From: Emiliania huxleyi CCMP1516
Taxonomy: Eukaryota
NCBI RefSeq assembly: GCF_000372725.1
Contig: NW_005201381.1
Coordinates: forward strand, 36,814-85,088
DNA: 48,275 nt
Direction: 5' to 3'
Shown: positions 47,157 through 48,275 of the stretch, one piece after another
Position numbering within the stretch: the first letter of the stretch is position 1
Layout: each line of letters begins with the position of its first letter
Notes under the pieces: generated by a model
What the model saw: only the letters and a program-made list of their open reading frames with translations
What the model was told of the DNA's origin: nothing
Databases searched by the model: none
Position numbers and translations under genes: made by a program

Positions 47157-48275
47157 CCCGGCCGGACGGAGCTAGGGGCACGCAGTCCGCCCCCATCCTA
47201 GGCAGAGCGGTGAGGAAGGCGAGGCGCTCCCACAGGATCGCGGCCGAGCCGAGCGCCTCGCACTGCTTGGTATGATCCTCCGTGCACTCGGCCGACTTGT
47301 ATCCGGAGGTGCAGAGGCCGTTGAGCGCGTCGCACTCGTAGTCGCCCGGGACCGCGTACACGTAGGTGATGAAGACCACGAGGCAGATCATGATGACGGC
47401 GGTGTGGATGTACGAAGCGAGGAAGGTGGCCTTGAGGCCGCCAAACCAGGTGTAGAGGACCACGCCGAGCGGGATAAGGAAGTTTGCGGCCACCGGGTGC
47501 ATGCCCGAGCAGGCCGTCATCACCGCCGAGCCGCCCTGGAGCAGCATGCCAGTCACGATGAGGTTGGTGCTGATGCCGAAGAAGAGGAAGGTCAGGTGGG
47601 CCGCCTTCCCCCAGCGGATGTCGACCATCTCGAGGAAGGTGTGCATGTTGGGCGCCTTCTTCTTGATCTCGATGGCGAGGATGCCAAAGAGGAGGATCTG
47701 GATCGTTGCGCCCGCGGCGTACCAAAAGGGACCTGCGATGCCGTACTGGCTCGCCTGGTTTGACGACTGGAGGAGCGTCGCCGCCCACGTCCACTGGGAT
47801 ACGATCACCTGCGCGGGCGGGCGCAGGGGTTGACTCTCCGCCGCCGCAAGCGATGTGGGCGCGCCGCGGGAGAACTGCCGTTCCAGGCGTGGAGAATTGG
47901 AGGAGGCGCATCGGGACAGGGGGAGGCGCGCGCCGAAGCCGTCAAACCCGTCTTGATGTTGCGGCCGGCCGTGTTGAAGTTCTCGGAGGAGAGGACGAGG
48001 CCGCCGTACGTCTGCAAGGGAGGGGGGGTGGGGTGAGACGGCGGTTGGTGCCGCCGAGAGAGCGTTCAGCGTCCAGAAGAGAGCTCTCTGGGAGGGCGGC
48101 GGACGGGCGGACGCGGCGGACAGGCGGCAGGCGGTGCCTGCTCAAGCTTGACCATGATCGAGGTGATGATCGAGAACATGATGCCGAAGCCGCACACGAG
48201 AAGATAGCCGGCCCAGAGGGGCATAAACGCCCCAGTAAAGTTGCCGCCGTTGTGCTGGTCGTGGTCACCCTTGTA
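47157..48275 (-). CDS. DUR3: Urea active transporter (sodium:solute symporter family), 5' part only; starts beyond the window and is interrupted at about 47157
   Basis: Exons 48275-48138, 48011-47934 and 47808-~47157: SENFNTAGRNIKTGLTAS|VIVSQWTWAATLLQSS...GPFWYAAGATIQILLF...KKAPNMHTFLE...GGLKATFLASYIHT. Confidence 0.93.

Overview
This is GC-rich eukaryotic DNA with many GC-AG introns, CCGAGAT-core 10-11 bp intronic satellites and long microsatellites. That pattern strongly suggests a haptophyte such as Emiliania (Gephyrocapsa) huxleyi (inference). Recognisable genes: an ArfGAP-WW-PH protein; a multi-exon ankyrin protein; an intronless, probably plastid-targeted heme-oxygenase-like diiron (HDO) enzyme; a DUF1118/RIQ-like thylakoid protein; a large FG-GAP + ~9-TM + tandem-TIR receptor-like gene with an out-of-frame internal junction; an Ala/Glu/Lys-rich membrane protein; SAS-4/CENP-J; and a DUR3 urea transporter whose reading frame runs into a transposon end. 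Mobile DNA: a complete 3.86-kb hAT element (8-bp TSD, 21-bp TIRs, intact transposase) carrying a second convergent chromodomain-like ORF; a 448-bp non-autonomous hAT with TSD; several MITE/foldback elements, one family built from telomere-like GGGTTAG units; LINE-like 3' tails; and a ~6.5-copy 530-590 bp tandem array. Orphan PHD, AP2 and RCC1 fragments cluster at 10.6-12.5 kb. The most striking window-wide pattern is that many introns are bounded by direct repeats of 7-27 bp around the splice junction, often enclosing CCGAGAT satellites, as expected if introns arise by duplication of exonic AG|G sites. All domain calls are by eye from motifs; no searches were run.
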